The position numbers and the translations under genes are program-made. The notes below the pieces were generated by a model that saw only the letters and a program-made list of their open reading frames with translations, was not told the DNA's origin and did not search any database. Below are positions 59,082-64,000 of a stretch of 64,000 nucleotides of DNA, one piece after another (positions within the stretch are counted from its first letter, which is position 1; every line of letters begins with the position of its first letter). Origin of the DNA: Xanthobacteraceae bacterium (GTDB lineage: Bacteria; Pseudomonadota; Alphaproteobacteria; Rhizobiales; Xanthobacteraceae); contig DASXJB010000126.1 of the NCBI GenBank assembly GCA_036497645.1, forward strand, positions 3,769 to 67,768, read 5' to 3'.

Positions 59082-59579
59082 ATGTCCATCTACACAGTCC
59101 ATCAACCGCCGCTCGACGCCGGTGCGGCCGCGGCCGAACCCTATCGCTTTGTCTTCGTCCGTGACGGCTTCTCGTGGTGGGCTTTCCTGCTCACGCCGTT
59201 CTGGATGTTGCGGTACCGCTTATGGCTGGCGCTGGCGATTTATCTTCTGGTGTCGGCGGCGCTCGACGCCGGTTTGCGCGCGCTCGGCGCTTCGGTGTTT
59301 ACGCTGGTATTGGCCGGCCTGTTGATTTCGCTGCTTGTCGGGCTTGAGGCGAGTACGCTGCGGCGCTCCAAGCTGGCGCGCCGCCATTGGCGCAATATCG
59401 GCGTGGTCACCGGCGAAGATCTTGAGGGCGCAGAACGGCGCTTCTTCGATGCCTGGATTCGTCAGGCCCCCGTACGTCGTCCCTCATCGCCAACAAGCGC
59501 TTCCACATCGCCCTCAGCCGCGCCGGCCGCGCCATCCGGGGTGATCGGATTATTTCCCGAACCCGGAGCACACCGGTGA
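59082..59579 (+). CDS. DUF2628-like membrane protein of the his cluster
   Basis: 165 aa with two TM spans ([17 protein letters not shown]...). Conserved position between hisB and hisH in Rhizobiales. Confidence 0.75.
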   Translation: MSIYTVHQPPLDAGAAAAEPYRFVFVRDGFSWWAFLLTPFWMLRYRLWLALAIYLLVSAALDAGLRALGASVFTLVLAGLLISLLVGLEASTLRRSKLARRHWRNIGVVTGEDLEGAERRFFDAWIRQAPVRRPSSPTSASTSPSAAPAAPSGVIGLFPEPGAHR

Positions 59580-60226
59580 CCGTCGTTATCGTCGATTACG
59601 GCTCGGGCAATCTGCATTCCGCGGCCAAGGCCTTTGAACGCGCGGCCCATGAGGCTGGATTGGATCAACCGATCACAGTGACGCGCGATCCGGAGATCGT
59701 GGCGCGCGCCGATCGCGTTATTTTGCCCGGAGTAGGAGCTTTTGCCGACTGCCGCCGTGGACTCGATGCCGTGTCCGGCATGGTGGAAGCGCTCGAACAA
59801 GCGGTGCGCGGCAAGGGCCGGCCGTTTTTCGGCATTTGCGTCGGCATGCAGCTCTTGGCCGAGCGCGGGCGCGAATATGAAGTGGTCGAGGGGCTGGGCT
59901 GGATCGGCGGCGAAGTTGATCGCATCACCCCGCGTGACGCTACATTGAAGATCCCGCATATGGGCTGGAACACGCTCAATGTCGTGCGCTCGCACCCGCT
60001 GATCGACGGCCTGACGCTCGGGCCGCAAGGCCGGCACGCTTATTTCGTGCACTCGTTCGCACTCAATCCGTCACAACGCCAGGATCTGGTAGCGGACGCC
60101 GATTACGGCGGACCTGTCACTGCGATCGTCGGGCGGGACAACATTGTCGGCACCCAATTTCACCCCGAGAAGAGCCAAAAGCTCGGCCTGGCGCTAATTG
60201 CGAATTTCTTGAAGTGGAAGCCGTGA
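59576..60226 (+). CDS. hisH: imidazole glycerol phosphate synthase, glutaminase subunit
   Basis: Nucleophile Cys in GICVGMQLL and C-terminal QFHPEKS. GTGA overlap with the upstream gene. Confidence 0.95.
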   Translation: MTVVIVDYGSGNLHSAAKAFERAAHEAGLDQPITVTRDPEIVARADRVILPGVGAFADCRRGLDAVSGMVEALEQAVRGKGRPFFGICVGMQLLAERGREYEVVEGLGWIGGEVDRITPRDATLKIPHMGWNTLNVVRSHPLIDGLTLGPQGRHAYFVHSFALNPSQRQDLVADADYGGPVTAIVGRDNIVGTQFHPEKSQKLGLALIANFLKWKP

Positions 60227-60963
60227 TCTTATTTCCGGCCATCGATCTGAAGAACGGCGAGGCCGTGCGTCTGCAGCAAGGCGACATGGCCCGCGCGACT
60301 GTGTTCAGCCGCGATCCAGCCGCGCAGGCGCGCGCCTTCGCGGAGCAGGGCTTCACCTATCTGCACCTGGTCGATCTCGACGGCGCATTCGAGGGCAAAC
60401 CGGTCAACGCCGCTGCGGTGGAACGGATTCTCACAGCGGTGAAAATCCCGGTGCAGCTCGGCGGCGGCATCCGCGATCGCGCCACCATCGACGCCTGGCT
60501 GGATAAGGGAATCGCCCGCGTGATCGTCGGCACGGCGGCCGTGCGCGATCCAGCGCTCGTCAAAGCTGCGGCCCGCGCTTATCCCGGCCGGGTCGCGGTC
60601 GGGCTTGACGCCCGCGATGGCAAGATCGCCGTCGAAGGCTGGTCGCAAACATCGACACTTTCCGCGCTCGACGTTGCCCGCCGTTTCGAAGACGCCGGCG
60701 TTGCGGCCATCGTCTATACCGACGTGAACCGCGACGGCATGCTGGAAGGGCTCAATCTAGACGCGACGATCGCGCTCGCCGAGCAGATTTCGCCGCCGGT
60801 GATTGCCTCGGGGGGGCTTGCTTCGCTCGCCGATGTACGGGCGCTGCTCGAGCCGCGCGCAAAAAAGCTTGAAGGCGCAATTGCCGGCCGGGCGCTTTAC
60901 GACGGCCGGCTCGATCCGGCGGCGGCGCTCTCCGTCCTGCGCCAAGCGCGAGCGACGGCCTAA
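60223..60963 (+). CDS. hisA: ProFAR isomerase
   Basis: [17 protein letters not shown]. The GTG start overlaps the hisH stop. Confidence 0.93.
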   Translation: MILFPAIDLKNGEAVRLQQGDMARATVFSRDPAAQARAFAEQGFTYLHLVDLDGAFEGKPVNAAAVERILTAVKIPVQLGGGIRDRATIDAWLDKGIARVIVGTAAVRDPALVKAAARAYPGRVAVGLDARDGKIAVEGWSQTSTLSALDVARRFEDAGVAAIVYTDVNRDGMLEGLNLDATIALAEQISPPVIASGGLASLADVRALLEPRAKKLEGAIAGRALYDGRLDPAAALSVLRQARATA

Positions 60964-61739
60964 TGTTCAAGGTCCGCATTATTCCGTGCCTTGACGTCAA
61001 GGACGGCCGCGTCGTCAAAGGCGTCAATTTCGTCAATCTGCGCGATGCCGGCGATCCGGTCGCGGCGGCGATCGCCTACGACGAAGCGGGCGCGGATGAG
61101 GTCACCTTTCTGGACATTACCGCGAGCCATGAGAACCGCGGCATCATGCTCGATGTGGTGCGGCGCACCGCCGAAGCCTGCTTTATGCCGCTCACGGTCG
61201 GCGGCGGGGTCCGTAGCATCGAGGACATCCGCGCTTTGTTAAGTTCCGGCGCCGATAAAGTGTCGATCAATACCGCCGCCGTGGCGCGGCGGAGCTTCGT
61301 CAAAGAAGCCGCGGAAAAATTCGGCGATCAGTGCATTGTGGTGGCAATCGATGCCAAGCAGGTGTCAAAGCCGGGCGAACCGGCGCGCTGGGAGATCTTT
61401 ACCCATGGCGGCCGCCATCCAACCGGGATCGATGCGCTCGGTTACGCGCGCGAGGTGGTGGCGCTCGGCGCCGGCGAGATTTTGCTGACCTCCATGGACC
61501 GCGACGGCACGCGAAAGGGATTCGACATCGCGCTGACCCGTGCCGTGGCCGACGCGGTTTCGGTCCCGGTGATCGCCTCCGGCGGGGTCGGTAACCTTGA
61601 CCATCTGGTGGAGGGCATCCGCGACGGTCACGCCGCCGCGGTGCTCGCAGCGTCGATCTTTCACTTTGGCGAGTATTCCGTACGGCAAGCCAAGGATTAT
61701 ATGGCCCAAGCGGGTCTTCCGGTGCGGCTCGATCCGTAA
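60963..61739 (+). CDS. hisF: imidazole glycerol phosphate synthase, cyclase subunit
   Basis: [19 protein letters not shown]... and ASGGVG motifs. Confidence 0.96.
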   Translation: MFKVRIIPCLDVKDGRVVKGVNFVNLRDAGDPVAAAIAYDEAGADEVTFLDITASHENRGIMLDVVRRTAEACFMPLTVGGGVRSIEDIRALLSSGADKVSINTAAVARRSFVKEAAEKFGDQCIVVAIDAKQVSKPGEPARWEIFTHGGRHPTGIDALGYAREVVALGAGEILLTSMDRDGTRKGFDIALTRAVADAVSVPVIASGGVGNLDHLVEGIRDGHAAAVLAASIFHFGEYSVRQAKDYMAQAGLPVRLDP

Positions 61740-61780
61740 TCTGCCTCTCCCAGCCTGCGGGTGGAGATGATATGGAACCC

Positions 61781-61843
61781 GGACGGAAGGGCCTGCCACG
61801 GAAAGACTTGCCACGGAAAGACTTGCCACGGAAAGACTTGCCG
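61781..61843 (+). repeat. 15-bp tandem repeat (3 perfect copies plus 1 degenerate) abutting the hisE start
   Basis: CCACGGAAAGACTTG occurs at 61796-61810, 61811-61825 and 61826-61840. It is preceded by a 10/15-matching copy at 61781-61795. The repeat is in frame with hisE. Confidence 0.95.
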
Positions 61844-62179
61844 ATGCCGAGTTTTACCATCCGCGATCTGGAACGGCGCGTGCAGGCGCGCGCCAGCGAA
61901 AGCGCTGAGGTTTCCTATACCCGCAAGCTGCTCGATCGCGGCGTCGATCATTGCGCGAAAAAGTTCGGCGAGGAGGCCGTCGAGGCGGCAATTGCCGCGG
62001 TAGGCGAAGACCGGCAGGGTTTGGTCCGCGAGGCCGCCGACGTGCTTTATCATCTGCTCGTGGTGCTGCACGCCCGCGGCATTTCGCTCGACGAGGTCGA
62101 GGCCGAACTCGGCGCCCGCAGCCATCAATCCGGGCTTGAGGAAAAGGCAGCGCGCAAGTCGGCGCACAAGAGCGGCTAA
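61844..62179 (+). CDS. hisE: phosphoribosyl-ATP pyrophosphatase
   Basis: MPSFTIRDLERRVQARASESAEVSYTRKLLDRG...EAADVLYHLLV core. An alternative upstream ATG at 61772 (GGAG 5 nt upstream) would add a repeat-encoded N-terminal extension. Confidence 0.88.
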   Translation: MPSFTIRDLERRVQARASESAEVSYTRKLLDRGVDHCAKKFGEEAVEAAIAAVGEDRQGLVREAADVLYHLLVVLHARGISLDEVEAELGARSHQSGLEEKAARKSAHKSG

Positions 62180-62188
62180 GAGCATCCG

Positions 62189-63142
62189 ATGGAGCAGCGC
62201 ACCGCACAGGACGTTTCACCTTACCGCGTGTTCTCGCGCGCGGAATGGGCGATGCGCCGCGAAGACACGCCGATGACGCTCACGTCTGGCGAAGTGGCGC
62301 GGCTGCGTTCAATGCACGACCGGCTCGATATGTCGGAAGTGGAAGAAATTTATCTGCCGCTGTCGCGGCTACTCTCGTTCTATGTCGCGGCGATGCAAAG
62401 ACTCTTTGGGGCCCAGCAGGCGTTTCTCGGCACCGAGGACGCGAAGATGCCTTATATCATCGGCGTCGGCGGTTCGGTCGCGGTCGGCAAGTCCACCACC
62501 GCTCGCGTTTTGCAAGCCTTGCTGGCGCGCTGGCCCAACGTGCCCAAGGTCGATCTGTTTACCACCGATGGGTTTCTTTTCCCGAACGCCGTGCTCGAGC
62601 GCGAAGGGTTAATGGACAAAAAGGGATTTCCGGAAAGCTACGATCTTCCCGCTTTGCTGCGCTTTCTGTCGGACATCAAAGCCGGGCGGCGGCCGGTGCG
62701 CGCGCCGGTCTATTCGCATCTCATCTATGACGTCATTCCCAACCAGTGGATCGAGATCGATCGCCCCGACATTCTGATCGTGGAGGGACTGAACGTCCTG
62801 CAAGCGGGGCGCTTACCCAAAGATGGCAAAGCGATTCCGTTTGTGTCCGACTTTTTCGATTTCTCGGTCTACCTCGATGCCGACGAGGACGTGCTGCTGT
62901 CCTGGTACGTTACCCGTTTCCTCACGCTCCGGGGTACCGCGTTCGCCGATCCGAGATCGTATTTCCACCGTTACGCGCGGCTATCCGATCGCGAGGCGAG
63001 CGAAACCGCAACTGACATCTGGAATCGCATCAACCTCGTCAATTTGCGCGAAAACATCCTGCCGACCCGTCCGCGCGCCGATCTCATCCTGAAGAAAAGC
63101 GAAAGCCATCGGGTCGAGGAAGTGGCCTTGCGCAGGTTGTAG
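62189..63142 (+). CDS. coaA: type I pantothenate kinase
   Basis: P-loop [15 protein letters not shown]. 317 aa. Confidence 0.94.
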   Translation: MEQRTAQDVSPYRVFSRAEWAMRREDTPMTLTSGEVARLRSMHDRLDMSEVEEIYLPLSRLLSFYVAAMQRLFGAQQAFLGTEDAKMPYIIGVGGSVAVGKSTTARVLQALLARWPNVPKVDLFTTDGFLFPNAVLEREGLMDKKGFPESYDLPALLRFLSDIKAGRRPVRAPVYSHLIYDVIPNQWIEIDRPDILIVEGLNVLQAGRLPKDGKAIPFVSDFFDFSVYLDADEDVLLSWYVTRFLTLRGTAFADPRSYFHRYARLSDREASETATDIWNRINLVNLRENILPTRPRADLILKKSESHRVEEVALRRL

Positions 63143-63209
63143 CGCGATGGCGCGATGACGATTCACGCATAGGTTTTCATTCAACGAATGCCCGGCCGGA
63201 GAGAGATTC

Positions 63210-63860
63210 ATGGACAAACCTGTCAATAACAAAACCGGACGCAGCAAGTCGGCTGCTATAAATCGGCGGCCGTCGCGCGCCGAGGCCGAAGAGGCGGTGC
63301 GCACGCTGATCCGCTGGGCCGGCGATGATCCGGAGCGCGAGGGGCTTCTCGCTACGCCGGCGCGCGTCGTGCGCGCCTACGAGGAGTGGTTCGCCGGCTA
63401 TAAGGACAATCCACGCGATTATCTCAAACGCACCTTCGAGGAGACCGGCGGCTACGACGAAGTCGTGGTACTGCGCGACATCCGCTTCGAGTCGCATTGC
63501 GAGCATCACCTGGCGCCCATCATCGGCCGCGTGCATATCGGCTATTTGCCGCGCAACCGCGTCGTCGGCATTTCCAAACTGGCGCGGCTGGTCGACGTCT
63601 ATGCCCGCCGCCTGCAAATCCAGGAGAAAATGACCGCCGAGATCGCCTCCTGCCTCGATGCCGTGCTCAAGCCGCACGGCGTCGCCGTGGTCACCGAAGC
63701 GACGCACCAATGCATGACCACGCGCGGCATACATAAGCCCGGCGTCACCATGGTGACGAGCCGCATGCTTGGCGTGTTTCGCGATCACGCCGAGACGCGG
63801 CAGGAATTTTTGTCGGCGATCGGTATGCGCGGCTCGGTCCACGGCAATGGGTCGGGATGA
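63210..63860 (+). CDS. folE: GTP cyclohydrolase I
   Basis: CEHHLAP zinc motif and HQCMTTRG. 216 aa. Confidence 0.94.
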   Translation: MDKPVNNKTGRSKSAAINRRPSRAEAEEAVRTLIRWAGDDPEREGLLATPARVVRAYEEWFAGYKDNPRDYLKRTFEETGGYDEVVVLRDIRFESHCEHHLAPIIGRVHIGYLPRNRVVGISKLARLVDVYARRLQIQEKMTAEIASCLDAVLKPHGVAVVTEATHQCMTTRGIHKPGVTMVTSRMLGVFRDHAETRQEFLSAIGMRGSVHGNGSG

Positions 63861-64000
63861 CGAGCCGCTAAGCGCCGAAAAGCGCACATAATCGCAATCG
63901 ACGACGTTAATCCGGTCGCACCGGGAAGGCGGCAACTAGTGCCTCAAACACGCGGCGAATCACTCGGTCTCGCGGAGGCTTTTCGCGTTACCGGATCGAG

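Noticed and set aside
63939-64000. Possible gene start (GTG at 63939 after GGAAGG) running off the right edge.
   Set aside because: Only about 20 codons are visible (VPQTRGESLGLAEAFRVTGS) and I recognise no motif. There is too little sequence to support a call.

Overview
High-GC alphaproteobacterial chromosome segment. Gene order is typical of Hyphomicrobiales/Rhizobiales, but the taxon call is low confidence. The window is almost entirely conserved housekeeping core, with about 60 supportable CDS. From the left: dnaA-dnaN-recF-gyrB; trpS; tsaB-rimI; miaB-phoH-ybeY-corC-lnt; metK; trmB; rimP-nusA-ylxR-infB-rbfA-truB-rpsO-pnp. A small accessory-looking island follows (MarR, macro domain, patatin, bdhA, Zur-like regulator, DMT, ispG). 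Next comes the classic alphaproteobacterial origin-proximal block on the minus strand (parB-parA-rsmG-mnmG-mnmE ... rho-hemJ-hemE). To its right lie ppsR-like-maf-coaE-dnaQ, secB, Tim44-like-mltA-smr, hslVU, hisB-DUF2628-hisHAFE, coaA and folE. I found no rRNA, tRNA, CRISPR array, transposase, integrase or prophage gene. I also see no convincing novel multi-gene system, and most long extra ORFs in the track are antisense or out-of-frame shadows typical of high-GC DNA. The observations worth a second look are mostly non-coding. (1) The hemE/ppsR-like intergenic region looks like oriC: an AT-rich tract, DnaA-box-like 9-mers, a GANTC cluster and tandem 10-mers. (2) There are two perfect 16-bp parS palindromes, one inside rsmG and one between mnmG and mnmE. 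(3) Gene orientation conflicts with that origin, because the 38-kb dnaA-to-ispG block would be head-on to it. (4) A near-consensus promoter plus intrinsic terminator sits just upstream of rimP-nusA-infB, as an attenuator or a small RNA. (5) A perfect 15-bp x3 in-frame tandem repeat lies at the 5' edge of hisE. Smaller items include unannotated small ORFs, short tandem duplications in promoter regions and a tightly coupled patatin/macro-domain gene pair. All functional assignments rest on motifs read by eye in the translated ORFs and on known synteny. No database search was run.
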